Shown: one piece after another, positions 38,899-53,250 of the stretch
Numbering within the stretch: position 1 is the first letter of the stretch
Layout of the letters: every line of letters begins with the position of its first letter
Assembly: GCA_001949185.1 (NCBI GenBank)
Contig: BDGG01000007.1
Span: forward strand, 1,756,730-1,820,729
Reading direction: 5' to 3'
DNA: 64,000 nucleotides
Origin: Ramazzottius varieornatus
Taxonomy: Eukaryota > Animalia > Tardigrada
The notes under the pieces: generated by a model
The model's database searches: none
The model's input: only the letters and a program-made list of their open reading frames with translations
What the model was told of the DNA's origin: nothing
Position numbers and translations under genes: made by a program

Positions 38899-41800
38899 TC
38901 ACGAGTAGGTGGCGCTGTTCCACATGGAGCAAGTCATGCTGTCCCATTTTCGTTCGAACTTGATGAGTTCCGATCCTGCATCGTGCTTAACTTCCTTTCC
39001 CGTGTCTTCTGACTTAGTGGACTTGGCGGACTGCACGGACAGCGCCGGCGATAGCGATGTGCTTATCGGCCTAGCCGGAGAGTTGAAGGGCGTGTTCGAA
39101 GCTTCGAACCAGTCTTGTCTTGTTTCCGCCACGTCATGGCTAATCTTATCAGCAGACAACCAGAGCATTCATTCATGCTTTGGTTGACCGTAGTTGAGAT
39201 TCAACTCTGCCGCTCCATCGCTGGTCCAAAGCGGAGGATGCTTGTTGGACGTAGGATATAATCGCTGATCGCTCAAAGAATCAAAGGCGTCGATATTAAT
39301 AAAGTCGCTGTAACCAGAATAACGAATGTAGACTGTAGCTTTACGACAGGCCCCGACAGGGCATCAGATTGCAGGAAACAGAATACATGAAAAAAAAACA
39401 GGCTCGAACCTTGAGAGATCATTATCCGGGTTTGTGCCCGAGAGCTGGAAGCTAACCCATTCTTCCGGCTCTCCCCCTGCTGAGGCTTGGGCAAACAACG
39501 TAAACAGCCTTTGCAGATCCCGCAGGTCGCCTTCTTGAGTGGCCGTAAGACGATGTAATGTCCAGGCAAGCTTGACAATATCCCAACAGGTCAAGGCACA
39601 CTGACAAGGGATTAACGCCAGTCTGTCCACTCTGATCCTCAAACCAATATGATAGCATGATAGAGCAGAGTTTGCTCCACAAACTGAGATAAACTAAATC
39701 GGCGAAATAAAATCCTGGAAGACGCCACAGGAAGCGGAAGTGACGTCAAATTCTTACATCGACATGACATGACCAACTATACTAGCACAGTCTAAAATTT
39801 CACAGAACTCATGGAAGATAAATTTTACAAAGGTGATACTGATCGTAGAAGTGATGAAAGCAGAGAGGAGCTTTGCACCAGCCGCACTTAAGCAAAAGCC
39901 GGTCGTCGCAGTGTTCATGGTCGCAATGACCAGTCAACTTCTTGGGGAAGAGAATTCGGTAGGATTTACATAGTCAAAGGACTCGTCAGTATAGCCGCAC
40001 AGATGCCAGGCCTGGTTCACTAGGTCTCCAAACCGAGGAGACTGAAATTGTTGGTAAACCAAAGAATGCATCTTGAGGATTACGTCTCGATGATGAACTT
40101 GAAGTGGAAGGCTGTGCAAAATGATGAAACTGGAGATCTTCCGGAAGAAGTCTTTATATATTCGGAAGAAGAGTCTGTCCAGTGGTTGGATATCACCAGT
40201 CACTTTCGGAGGAATCGTGATCATTTCGTATTCCAGTTCTTCAGGCTTGAATTCCAAAACAGCTTCCTGGTCAGAATAGGTTCTCCACGAATCGGCCAGC
40301 AGAATGCAGTGATCTTCCACATGAGAAAACAATATCTTTTCACACCATTCCAAGTAGAGCTTCTTTGTCATCTTCCCCGAAGCCGAAGCAGTGACATAGA
40401 GGTTGTCAGCTTTAAACATTGTCCTTGCCACAATAGGACCGAAAACGCCTTTGTCCTCCTGGAGAGTGATCCACAGTTGTGGGAGAAACTTGCGTGTGCC
40501 GGGCGAAATGGTCATCATAACCGTATAGCTACGCGTCATGGAGTTCTCCAACTGACAGATCGCAAGAACATGTTTTGCGCCGGCCAGATGCAGTGTGCGC
40601 CCTGGTCTCATCTTGTAATCGAACCCAGACTGATCCGTGTTCCACATACAGTCCAAGCCGTAATCTGAGATCCTCGGTCTGACAAGGGCGACACACTCCT
40701 CCGCAGTTTTCGTTACTTGCGGAGCTTCTTGAATGTATTTGTCGGTCACGAACTTGATGATCTTCCGATCGACGATGCCGTAATACCTACAATATCGACC
40801 CCGTTAGTGTGGCGCAGTAACTCGTGAGCGAAATTCTCGGTTGAAGTGATCTGCGTAAGCAATGATACATATTTCATTTTAATACTTCAATGTGTTTACC
40901 TCCTCAACTTTCCCACCCAGTCCGGAAACGCCGTGAAACCTACCAGGCCAATGGTTCGGTTCGCAGTAACAGCCCAACGTCGAATATCCATATCTTTCAC
41001 AATATGAGGCCTCTGCTTGGCCAGGAAGAAGTGCTTGCCAGTCTCCAAACGCAGCGCCTTCAGCTTACCATATCTGGAACCGCCCTCAGCAACATGTCGT
41101 TCCCATTCTTGGAGTTGTCGAATACTTGTGACTTTCTTGAACTTGGTCTGGACACACGAAAGGCTACGTCGTTTCTTCGTAGCGAAATTCTTCCAGAAAT
41201 CGACGGAGCGTTTGTTCTAGTCGAGGGTGACTGCGTTACTTGGCGGCTGTTTTGGCTTCGGTATTCGCGGGACATAGAGTTCGTTGGATGATGGTTCCGT
41301 TCCACTGGAGAAAGGCTCGACGACTTTATCTTCTTGGCTAGGATTTTCGTCGGGTTCAGCCAGCTGATTAGACGCAACAACCAACTTCTCGAACTCGTCG
41401 AACGTCTGCATATCTGTTTGCAGTTCATATTGCAGGTCTTCCTCACGTGCCAACGAAGAACTACCTGCTCGGTTGATTTTGACATCCATATATTCTGAAA
41501 CAGGAATAGAAAGGTGGAATATCTCTGCCATAATATCAATGTCAGCCATAGTGAACGGCAACAGTACAATACCTTTGACGAGTTCTTTTAACTGCTTATC
41601 AGCCTCGCTCGGTTGTCCATCCAGTTGGAAGAGCTGCTTGTAGTCCTTCTCCAGAAGCTTCAACACATTCATCGGATTAACGGAATCCATTTCGGGCGAC
41701 AATGGAAATCACGCAGTAACGGAACGATGATGTAAGAGCAATGAAGCAACAGGCACAGAAAAACTGATTGCGCTTGGCTTAGCGTAGAGTACAAGCGCAA

Positions 41801-43336
41801 CTGGTTCAATCAATATCAAATCAACCATCAGGCAATCAAATCAGTTGATTTGCTGTCACACTGGTGATCCGCCCTGAATTTGACGTCACTTCCGCTTCCT
41901 GTGGCGTCTTCCAGGATTTTATTTCGCCGATTTAGTTTAACTCAGTTTGTGGAGCAAACTCTGCTCTATCATGCTATCATATTGGTTTGAGGATCAGAGA
42001 GAAAAGACTGGCGTTAATCCCTTGTGAAATCCCTTACATAATGTTGACGAACAGATATCTAGAAGGCTGGAGACACCGCTTCGAATCTCCTTCGACTTAC
42101 AGAATGCTTCCTGGAAAACAAGTTTGATTGAAAAGCATACGAGTATTCAGTGAGATTTGAGTCAAGGCAATGCGGTATACCAGCGAAAACAGTTCACGCA
42201 GCAGGAACATGTGATTGTTCAACGCGCTTAGCATTTCTGGTTCAAGGTCGCGGGAACGTTTCTGCCATGCTGATGTAGACGTGATTTCCTGGCAGATATA
42301 GGCCGTGAAAAGCGGACAGTCACAGCGTAGAAAACTTTTCTTCTCACACCGGAATCGTGTAGAAACTCCACGTCCATTTGATTCATGGCCTCGTTGAAAT
42401 CCCCGCATGTCCTAATGTCCAGATCTCTACAAGCTAATCGTTCCTATACGAAGCAAAAAAAATTATTAAAGTGATTGTTTCCTGTATGGCCGCCAACAGT
42501 GGTCCGTAGCCCGTATGGGGGAAAAATCCCGCACTTGCAAAATTATGACTTCCAGGTCTTGCTGAAGAAGAGGGCTCAGATTAATGAGCAACGAAGGCGG
42601 TGGTTTTCTCTTCCAATATACTGTCATACTTCCCCGTCTGTCCATCAGCGGCACTAGTCCTAAAGCCAGCTCGGCGAAACAAGGCGACACGGAATGAAGG
42701 AAGGTGCTCCATCGCGGGTCTTTGTGGTTGTCCAAGACGTCACGCAGGCTTTCGGCAATCAGCGCCACACATCCAAAGTACATCGTGGCCAGCTGCTCGT
42801 ATCCCAGTTGGTCTGTATGATCTTTCGTGAGTACTTCCGGGTCCAGGAACAACTTCGTCCGTTCTTCCTCCTCATTCTCAAAGTTGATCGACAGCAAGTT
42901 ATTGTTTCGAATGGAGTATCACGCTTTTTTGGCCGGTCTCTTGTATGGCACATCGAACTTCAATCGAGAACCTCTTAGCAAAGCTTCCCTGCAAATCAAT
43001 CCATCGATCGTCTTTCGCGTTTATTAGGAACACCTTGTAATCATCATCGAGACTTCGCGGTAGTGATACACACCTGACTACTTCCTCCTTGCGTTTCCCG
43101 ACTTTGAAACAGCGTTTTAATCTACCGTTTGCCTGAAAGCGCTCGGAAATATGATGCAGGGAATTGGGAATAGCGGTGCAATGGAGGAGAACGTTGCCCA
43201 CCATCGCATTCAGAGCATTGGTGTTAGTGGAAGACCAGGCATTCATGTAGCTCTGCGTCGAGCACTTGATGTGGTCGGGAAATTTTGCACGAAATGTCTC
43301 CAGCAAACTATCCATCCCGAAGACGAAGAAGTTCAA
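38899..43336 (-). pseudogene. Uncharacterised multi-exon gene disrupted by the Tc5-like element, a frameshift and a stop
   Basis: ORFs 42899-43336 and 42466-42897 are offset by 1 nt. The frame EAFCKSKEIR...TLCKGFQ/CALTCWDIVKL is continuous across the transposon. In-frame TGA near 39170. Family not recognised. Confidence 0.55.
39605..42024 (-). mobile_element. Tc5/Tc4-like (pogo-related, DDE_1) DNA transposon, full length but decayed
   Basis: About 146-bp near-perfect TIRs starting CAAGGG, TGA TSD (39602-39604, 42025-42027). Transposase has WNTDQSG, LLADSW, IPPKVTGDIQPLD and a C-terminal CGWC..LCFHHF..H.C, one intron (about 40788-40898), a stop at 41217-41219 and a frameshift near 39945. Confidence 0.93.
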
Positions 43337-44277
43337 ACCTTAAAATTCAAGCCACGTACGTGTCTGCGTAGGTGCCAAATCATTACGCCCACTTGGAGAA
43401 CAATGCAATGCGTTTACACCTCCAGCGAATAAGGTCAGAAAGTGATCGTGATTCTACATGTATGACGGGCAGAGACTGTTGTGGGAAAGATTATCATTCA
43501 TGCGCTCGTTTAGGAATTATAAGCCCCACTCCATATGACCTGCTAAAACCCGATGCCACGAAAGAAAGAAAGATGAAAAGAAAGGGAGGAAGGGAAAAAT
43601 ATAAGTACTGTACACCGGCAGAACGGTGTCGCGAAATCGAGAGTGATAAATTTTGTGTTGAAGTGTACGATACGTTGCCGCCGTATGATGCAGCACCGGG
43701 GGGGGGGGGGGCANNNNNNNNNNNNNNNNNNNNNNNNNNNNNNNNNNNNNNNNNNNNNNNNNNCCCGGGGGGGGGGGGGGGGCAACAGCCGGCCAAATGC
43801 CCATGCGTCATGGCCACTTTTTTGCCTAGCACAATGACTTTATTTGCCACTCGAGCGAAGCAGTTCGATCGATGAAGAATCCCAGAACGTCCATATTATA
43901 AATAAACCTCATTCTACAAACGCAGCATCAGGTTTGGTTCTCATCCGAGTGACACGCTTGTGAATAGTTCTGGTGAATTAGGAAAATCATCCCGGTATCA
44001 AATGGACGGCAAAATTTCGGTTTTACCCTTATGTACTGTAACTATAACAGCTGGGCTCTCAAGCCGTGATTTATGAGACAGCTGAAGGCCTAATGGGGCT
44101 ATGAAATAAATTTTATGACCTGATGCACTTATGGTGTAGCACCACCAAGTAAAAAGGAACAAATCACGAACTTGTTATTTTATGTCGTTAGGTTGAGTGG
44201 AAAATTTGTATATCTGCAATTGAACTGACATAGCCAGAGAGTGCTTTTTGGAACGCTGAAAAATGGAAGATTGCAGC

Positions 44278-45108
44278 TCATTCGGGGCAAATTTGATCTT
44301 TCCTGTCGAAGACGGGCTTGATACGCTGCAGGTTGCTGACATGAGCGCAAGACCCTTCGCAACAGATGACGATATCCCCGGGCATGCGCACCTTGCAGTC
44401 TTCGTGACGGTTGCATCCACCATCGTTACAGAAGGCTCTAGCGTTGGTGCCTTTGTTTGATGGTTGATATGACTCCAGTGGTCCGTGACACATATCCGAG
44501 ATGATGCTCTCCTGGCTGTCGGTCCTTTTTGAATCGTCACCGTTGCGCGATCCGCCCTTGTTGGTATCGGCGCCGGCGGTGTAGGGAACTTCAGCAGGAT
44601 ATCCGGGATTTTTTCCGGCGACACTTCGCTCTTTGTATAGACTAACCTCTTTACACACCTTCGCCACTGCAGAATAAAGCTTGAAAGGAGCCCTGATTCG
44701 TCTGGCATTATGCACAACTTGAGCAGTGTTATCATTCGAACAACTGGGCAAGCAATGTCGTCCGACAATTGATGCAGTAGTTTATAGTTACCATCGAGGC
44801 AGATATGGCGAGTGGGAGCTCGCGGACACTTTCCGACATAATCCGCGTCCTGCTTCGATCGTGGACGGTTCTCCGAGCCATCGATGGGTCCACACTCGGA
44901 TTTCTTCTGATACTTGAAGCATTGTTGGTTATACGGACATCGCAGTGGAGTATTGTACTGTGAAAGTAAGTTTTTCGCTCACCCATAACCCGTTCGAAAA
45001 CACAAAAGAGGACAAAGTACTTACCCCACACTGTTCGCTGCTTTCCGATACCGTTATGAGAAGAAAGAAGAAGGAGAAAACTGCCAGAGGGATACTAAAC
45101 CAATCCAT
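44278..45108 (-). CDS. Small secreted Cys-rich protein, about 3 exons, family unknown
   Basis: Signal MDWFSIPLAVFSFFFLLITVSES, GTAAGT donor, then YQKKSECGP...GKCPRAPTRHICLD|VAKVC...FCNDGGCNRHEDC...ICCEGSC...ICPE-stop. Confidence 0.65.
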
Positions 45109-46179
45109 GTTGTATCTCCTGCTAACGTTACGGTTTGTCAAGAGGTAGATTGTTTGTTGCATAAAACAGGCTGGACTTGTCGCTTTCATGGATCAACGCA
45201 GAGGCTCGGGCTCGAAAACAATCGAATCAACCCGGAGAAAGCTGATATATCTGGTACACAACAGCAAAAAATGGGACCTTTGCTCCTTTGAACCGTTTTA
45301 GGAATCCACCTTGGTTCCGAAGACCAACCACCTGTATGTAGAGCAATGACAGCACTAGCCGTGGCTCCGGCATGGGCGGACGCGACGATAGACAGGACCA
45401 ATGGGAAACCTAAAGAGCCCAAATGTAGGATGGACAAATCCGATCGTTTTTTGAGAGGTTCAGGAAGGGTATGTCTGTTTTGATGGCAGATTTGAGGCCC
45501 AGGAAGAACCAAGCTCACAACTATTAATAAAATGACGGATGCATAAGGCGCGAACGATGGTGCGACGACTGGTCCAGAAATGAGAATCATAAAGGCGACT
45601 TCCGTATGAAAGACACAAAGACAACACAGCATCAATTTTTTTCGATCCTTAGAATTTCTGCGTCCTCTATGGGACCGAAAGGTAAACTACCCAGAAAAAT
45701 AGAATTTCTCGGGATCGAACAGAATGGGCCGGTCCCTCCAAGTACTTTGATCTCCAATGTTCTGAATTCCACACAACAGCGGGAGCTTGCAATTGTTGTC
45801 GAGGAACATATCCAACAATTTTGCGATGTTTTTATGCGTGGCGTAATATCGATATAGAAGCAGCAGTACGAGTAATATAACTAATATTAATCAAAAGCAG
45901 CACAGCTAGGCTTTCTGCACTTCTATCACGTGGAAAAGAAGGGGAAGACAGAACACTCGGACGCAGGCCAGGGAAAACTTGCCGTGCCTCTCCGATCGCA
46001 ATATCCAGATAGCCCACACGCATGACCACCGTCCAAATAGACCATGCGCCAGTCTTGCGCTCGTCTTCTTGCTTCGCCATGTGGGCTTCCGAAAACATCC
46101 ATGGATACTTACTGTTTGAAATTTCCAACTACAGTGCACGATTTATGGAAACGTAGCGTTTCTACTGGGCAGTATCAAA

Positions 46180-47673
46180 ATGGATGCCACAATTGATCGC
46201 CGGAAAGGTCTTCTGTTCGACGCGGGACAGAGGTTCATAGCTCGCTGGATGAGTATTGGGCTTGCACTTGTTGGAGTGGGTACGACTGGATTCGGAGTGT
46301 CTCTTCTGTTGTCCGATCATACCGAATTCACCTTTAATGCTGTCAACTCTTTACCAACAAAAGGACTGTATGCAACAGCGATGTCTAGCATTGGTATATG
46401 GCTACTCACCAGCGGAGTAATCGGAGCCAAAGATCAAGCAAAGTCTGATGGTGGGCTGGGTATGAGCTTCTACTCATCACCTTACTGCTTGCCAGCCCTA
46501 GCATTGACGTCGCGTTTTGCTGTCCAGCTAGTGAGCGAGGATGTTAGGCATGCGGACTCACGCAACGCCAACATCTCTGCAGACAGAATCGGTCCAGGTT
46601 CTCCAAGCAGCAACCAGGTCGCCGAATTTGGATGCTCTATCCTGCAACTTACAAGTATCCGATTTTCTTATGTGCCATCGTGACACACGTCCTTGGTCAA
46701 GCTTTACTGTACATGTACAAGCGGTACAGTGCACAGAATGCATCCCCCGCGGTGGTCACATGGTCTTGTGATATTAGTCACTGGTATCCGATTTCAGGTG
46801 ACCACCGGAAGTGATGTATTCTCTGCACTGTATAACGCATGTACCTCGTAACGACACATGGGTTCTTGCAGATGTGATCCTCCGCTACATGATTCCTTTT
46901 ACCGTGGTCTGTGCCATTACCCTTTCGAGGTACTTTGACAACGAGCTGGAACGAAAGGAGCACAGCGAGTATATAACGGTTCCCGAAGAAAAGCAGCTGG
47001 CCTTATTCTGCAGTAAGTGCTCATGGGTCGTCCAGTTCGTCGCGGGCCTTTCGCTGTTTCTTGTCGTTGTTTACTCGCTCGTCCATCCTCCGTCCACATC
47101 TACTTGGGCGGAAAAGCGTTTCACTTGCTGGACGCTGGTGCTATCAGTCGGTTCCATGTTTCCTGCTGCTGCTGCACAGAGTGCGCAGAAAACCGCGGCG
47201 CTTTTCTCGGCTTTGCTGGGTGCAACACTGGGCCAATACCTGTGCGGAATTGTCCTGGGTGACAGTTATGTCTTGAAGATGAGCCAGATGTGCAAAGATG
47301 AACATGGTTTATCTTTGAAAACCCAAGAAGATGCCATTTTTGATACGACCCAGCTAGAATTTTTGCGGACCGTGGCTGGTATGTAATGCGTTTGATGGAA
47401 AGTGAAGTAACTCTAGCACTGACTTTATGCGGAACTGACTTTACTGTGCATTCCTCTAGCTATCCTCTTCGTGTTATACTCCACCAACAGCTTGCTGTTT
47501 CGAGATATCCTGCACGCGCAGAAGAAAGCAAAGAGCCAGGGCAACGTCAAGACTTCCCCAATGCTTGTGATCGAAAGAGCCCCGGGAGCCCAACTGTTAC
47601 CTTAAAAGCTGCTCGTTTCAGTGGAAAGATTGGTGCTGCGTACCATCCAGATCTGCCATTCTTTGCGCCATGA
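46180..47673 (+). CDS. Multi-pass membrane protein(s) of unknown family
   Basis: Several hydrophobic segments in ORFs 46180-46683 and 46811-47386 with plausible GT-AG introns. Exon structure not resolved. Confidence 0.5.
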
Positions 47674-49555
47674 TCTATTTTATTCATCGAAATGTCCGGA
47701 AAAGAGGAAAGATAATCACAGACAAACGAAATACTTCCTAGCGGTTAGTATTATCTGTTGTTCCAGGCGAGTCATCATTGGTCGACGCGTGAAATAAAAA
47801 ACGGCTCTATCACAAACATCCAGAAAAAGCATCAGTGCATGCGCCTGTAGATTGGGATACTTCCATGTGCTTAGCAGAAAGGTGCCGTGAGAAAGAAATC
47901 CAGGAAGGAGAGTGAACAAGGATATAAAAATAATCTCCGATGGGTCCATGCTCGCCATTTTCTGCAAGCAAATAATACCAAAGGGTTCGTTAAGATACAG
48001 TACTTATTGTATCGGTCGGGAATATACCCACTGACGAAGCTCAATCGTACCTGTCGGTTTCCACTGAATGCCCGTGCATACCGCTGAGAGAATCGGACTG
48101 CTGGCTTTGGATTCGGTTCGCAAAAAGACTTTCAATGACACATTGGGGAGAGATTCTTCGCTCCGCTAGAACTCTCGAACGAATAACGGAAGAGTGAATT
48201 TTCTTCTGCGCATAGTACTGTTATCCATTATAATCGTTTTCACTTCGAAAAACGACTATTGCTGGCCGAAAACCACAACAACGAACGGTAAACTCTGCAC
48301 GTCGAAATCGAGCGCGCGCGGCTTGATGTCGCAATGGCGCATACCGGAGGCGATGACGACTTGGTGGAACTGGTTTGTCCAGTTATTTTTTTTGTACTGG
48401 GCATCACAGCTCACTGCAGCTATCAATTGAGATCAGAATCACTTTTGACCAAAATAGTGTTTTGCGCAAAGTACTGTTTTCCTCCGCTGGGATTCATCCG
48501 TAGAATGCAGTAAGCTACGTACCCGAAAGTATACCTCGCATGTACTGAGAGTGGCGCCACGTTCGGTGAAGGAATAGCAACGCTGACAATCAAATTCAGT
48601 TAACTCATCTCCGCGCCACACCGTTTTATTGAAAGCCGGGAGACAGAAAATTGTTTGTTCGGGGCTGTATCGTGTGCGTTTGCTTCTTTGTCAACCAGAT
48701 ATACTAGCTTTGAAATTTGGTCGCGCGTTGACAGCCTGTATGTTATACTGATATGAAACTGATCTTGGCGATCGAGCGGGTTTTCCGACTGAAATACCGA
48801 GGTTCTAAAGTCCACGAAAAGTTTATGCAACCACCGTGTTCAAGGATGTCTGCGTCCCACGAAGCTGCTGAACTTACCAATAACCTGTGCCGTGGTACTT
48901 TATGGGCTGTTTCTGTGGTGGCAGCACTGTAAAGTACAGGTGAGTATTTTCAGCATGAGATCTGTTTCTATTGTCCAGCTTAGATCCTGCAGGGCCCACA
49001 ACTGCATAGCGAGACCGCTGTTGCGGCTGAAAATCTAGCTCTGTATGTGACGTCAAGGCTTAATGTGAACGTCATGTTATCTGACATAGTTGAAGGTCCC
49101 CGTATCAAGTTTGATGGATCGTCATGTTCCAGATCCTGCCGTTAAAACACTGTATATCTTACCACTGCACGAGGTGCGTCTCCAACTTGCAGCCTTAATG
49201 GCAGACGCGCATAACCTCACCTTGGATTGCCCTTTTTTTATTGTGAACGATAAACCTGGCTTCACGATCTTCGTATCTCACCTTTTATAGGTCGTACCGT
49301 CAAATTCAATGCACGATTATGCTTTAGTAGGGGTCGGGCAGTTGGACGAAGCATTATCCTCCTAAGACAGTATAGTTCGCCACATGACCCCTTGCCAGCA
49401 TGACCACGACATTCTTGGATACATGGAAGCTGGAAAAATGTATAAAACGCCTACCCACGACAGTCAGTCACCCCCATGCATCGAGCTAGCGCATTTTGTT
49501 TTCCAGTGGAAAAGTGTCCACTGTTTTCTTTCTTGCAACCAAGTGGCGGGTCAAA

Positions 49556-51308
49556 ATGGCGTTCTCATGCGGCATCGCGATAGTTGTGCTGGTAAGACAA
49601 ATCTTAATCTTCTTGCTGTATATTAATGCCAATGCGAGACGTTTGATTCCGAAAACATCTTGTAGTCAATGTATGAGTATGTTTTCAGGCAATAGCACTG
49701 ATCTTTTCGACGCCGGTCTTTGGCAATGGGAAGAGAGGAACTCGTGTCGGCGAACTGGTGGGACCTTTGTCTTCATGCTCGATCAGTTCAAATACGGACT
49801 TCTACCAACCTTGCATAGACCCGCGGTCCACCTGTGTGCTGGACAGTACTGGTACGGGAAGGTACGTTTGTCAATGCAAAACAGGATTCGAGCCAAGCGA
49901 TGACTTCTCCAAGTGTATTAATGGTAAGTCTTGTCGAATTGATTAAGAATAAGTGCTTGTGAAATATCGCTGCTCAATCAGTACTTTCTGTCGACACCCA
50001 TCACAAGTTTATCATTATAACTAACTACTTGCATCTTACCAACGGCAGACGCTTCGGTAACACTGAATGCCACGGAATGTCTGGACGATAGTGACTGCGC
50101 TCGCACGTTGTCGGTCTGCCGCGCGAACCGTATCATTCCAACCGCAGTTCCCGGCGGTGCTAAACCGACTGTCTCTTCCACTGGCAGAAGGTGCCAGTGC
50201 CCCGACGACAAGGACTTTGACCCAAAAACCGGCACATGTGCTACAGGTACGAGCTGCCTCTGGTCAGGTTTCCACCCCTTACCTCAACCCCCAACGCGTT
50301 CACGCTACATAATGGCACATGCTTGTGTGATATGTCTTGGCAGCGTTCACAGCAAGTGATGGTTGCTACCAAAGGAGCGGAACCCCGTACTGCAGATACC
50401 GTAACCCCGAATATGTCTGTTCATCTTCAACGGCCACAACCACTCCAAATTCGTGCACTTGTCAGCCTCCGGCCCAGTTCGATAAAGTCACACTGGCATG
50501 CGCAAGTAGGTACTGATCAAAAGCAGAAAAGGAAGTTTGGAACGTTTCACGTGAAGTCGTTCATTAGATCCAGCACTAAAAGCCTGCAAAGGTGACAATG
50601 ATTGTATTGACGTGAAGATGGACACTGGGACTTCGACCACGTCCACTGCAACCTGTGACACTAAAACGGGAAAGTGTGTCTGCGTCATGAAGGCTCAACC
50701 TGCGTCTCCCAATACAGGCCCCGCTGTTGTGCCAGTAATTCCCCAAGGCACCCCGGGCTTTCCTACCTATGCTCCCGGCCTGCCTGACTTCAAGTGCACA
50801 CGTAAGAATCTATCAAACGTCTATGTTCTTTCAAGTCCTATGGCAGCCATGGTTGATGCTGTAACTTTGACTGGATAGCTGTCCCGGTCCAGACTGCCTG
50901 TACGGACAACACCAACTGTGCGACAGGTCTCCAACACTTTTGTTGGAAAGCTTTGTCGACTGCTACATCAGGTCTCTGCATGTGTCTACCGCTGACAAGA
51001 CCCGCCCTGAACGGTTTACTGTGTAACGGTATGCTTAAGTCGGTAACAGTAGAGTTTACTGCACTTTCGCACACGCATCCCTTATCTGTCAATTTTCTTC
51101 AGATGCTTTCGGAAGATGCTGCAATCCAGCTCTACCCTTCAACACTTATCAGTGCGGTCTACCAATCAACCCACTTCCAATCGGGGTGTCAAACCTTAGT
51201 TGTCAATCGGGATTCTGTGGATGCGCACCCGGTACCACCTACCAAGCACAAAGAGGATGTGTTACGGCCGTATCGTCCAACGGAGCAACCTGCAATATAC
51301 GCTCGTAG
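49556..51308 (+). CDS. Secreted Cys-rich repeat protein (EB-module/EGF-like), about 7 exons
   Basis: Signal MAFSCGIAIVVL|AIALIFS, repeated C..D.DC...C....C.C units (CLDDSDC, CKGDNDC, CTDNTNC), ending CGCAPGTTYQAQRGC...CNIRS-stop. Confidence 0.72.
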
Positions 51309-51596
51309 AAGCTTCAGAAACATGCTCCAATCTGAACCGTAATTTACAGTTTTGAGCGTAACGCGGAAATCCTGAAGCATTTCGTTGTCAAGTTCGAAAA
51401 TAATGCTGTCCAACACGGCCAGGATCATGAACATGTGGTATGTTATGTGTGGTGGTTACTCACACCTTCAAATTACGTAACAACGTCGATAGGTTCAGCC
51501 CGATAATAAATGCACTTCGAACATGACGCAATCTCGAAATGAGCAAAGGAAGTTACTCTGTCAAAGGTACATGCATGACGAAACACCGCAGGTCTG

Positions 51597-52434
51597 TTAC
51601 TGGCGGGGAACCCTGATCCACAGAGCGGGTGTCTGGGGTGGCGACCAGTTATCGGCTTCGGCGACATGGGCTTGCTGGACCTTGTAGGTTTCACCGTTGT
51701 AAGACACCATGTCACCCATCTTGTAGGTGTTGCCTCGGGCCCAGGCCGGATGGGAAGCACCAGCGCCAGCAGCGCTTCCTTCAAAAGCACCAACAGCGAC
51801 AACGGGGGCGCTAGTCAGACCGATCAGACCGGTGGAAGCGACAGGAGCCTCGGTGGTGGTAGTGGTGGTGGTAGCCTCGGTGGTGGCTTCTGTCTGGGCT
51901 TCAGTTTGAGCTTGAGTCTGAGCCTCGGTTTGGGCCTCGGTGGCAGCGGTGGTGGCTGGCGTGTCGATGGGCTCGGCGGATACCTGAACACTGGCAACGG
52001 GAGCGGTCTGAGGCTGTGAAGAGACATCTTGCGAAGCGGTATACTGAGCAGAGGAGCCTTGTCCGACATCGGCGACGGCAGATCCTGTGAGAAATTGTTT
52101 TACATTAAGATTGATTGACCGATCGAGCGATAAACGCTTGGTTTCCGCGGGTAAATATTGACGCTTTGAGAGTAGGATTATTGACAGATGGAGAAAGTAA
52201 AGTCGTAAGAAGAGGAGGCTGATGCATACCTGAAGACTGGGCAGCTCCGCTGGACACAACAACGGGCACGGGTACAGCGATGACTGGAACTCCTTTGGCG
52301 CCGACAATATCCACGGTGGGGCCGCTTCCGGCAGCAACAGACATCACAGTCACTCCGGATCCATCACCTTCAGGAGAAGGACGAGCCAGAGCCACATAGG
52401 CAAAGCACAAAGCAACCAGGACCTTGACGAGCAT
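51597..52434 (-). CDS. Secreted Thr/Ala-rich stalk protein with C-terminal CBM5/12 (ChiA1-type) chitin-binding module, 2 exons
   Basis: Signal MLVKVLVALCFAYVALA, intron about 52086-52228, TEAQT/TTTT stalk, then AWARGNTYKMGDMVSYNGETYKVQQAHVAEADNWSPPQTPALWIRV. Confidence 0.9.
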
Positions 52435-53250
52435 TTTCTGGTGTTTGAGCAGAGAACTTGACTAAAATACCCAAGTGCTGGAGGGACTGACACTTGCCGA
52501 TTCACAAAAAAATGACACTGAACTTTGTTGGACAGTCAACCCGTCTATGTACTGTTTGCCTGCACACCTTGTGCTTCTGTTTGTTCGGAAAATAGTGACG
52601 ACGACAGTGGAGAACCCACGGTGAGTGATGGACCAAAGTCCAGCACAAGCGTTGAAGTGTTGCGTTAAACTATGTTCTCCATCGGGGAACTGCCGCAAGG
52701 CTGTAAGGGACCAGCAAACTGCAATGAGTGTTGATTCAAGCAGGAAATGGACCGTATCGATCTGCATCTCGCCGAGAAAAGACAACATCTGCGCTGGAAC
52801 TGATTTACGTAATTCACCGGAACTTGGTGGCACACCTGAAAGCAAATCAGATTTTTCCAAAAATTCTCCATCTGCTCTAAAACTGCACCTACTACACAGC
52901 AGCCTCTTGCATCCCCAGAAGAAACAGAAGCATAGCTAAATATTCCGGCCACTACTTCTCTCGTCTGATTCGATTTCATCGGAAAAAAAATTCAGCTCAG
53001 TCGGTGCACAGTTTCATGCTTGTTTTCTATTTTTCACATCGAGTATTACGCAGCAAAGTCCAGTGTACGTTGGAACATGGTACTGAAACTTCAGACGGAC
53101 CGTTTTGATTCACCTGAATCGGCTAAAAGTCTGGAAAAGATTGATATTCAAAGTGAAACTTGCTGCCGTTCTTGGCCTTTAAACCATCCGAAATCATGTG
53201 TTGAAGATTCCGGTCATCTTATGAAAGAAGTGTTTGTTATCCAAAGTTAG

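Noticed and set aside
43696-43784. Two long G runs (CC-G14-CA and CC-G16-CA) around an N gap, a possible G-quadruplex element
   Set aside because: Same context on both sides of the gap, so most likely one poly-G tract where sequencing failed. ORFs crossing it are artefacts.
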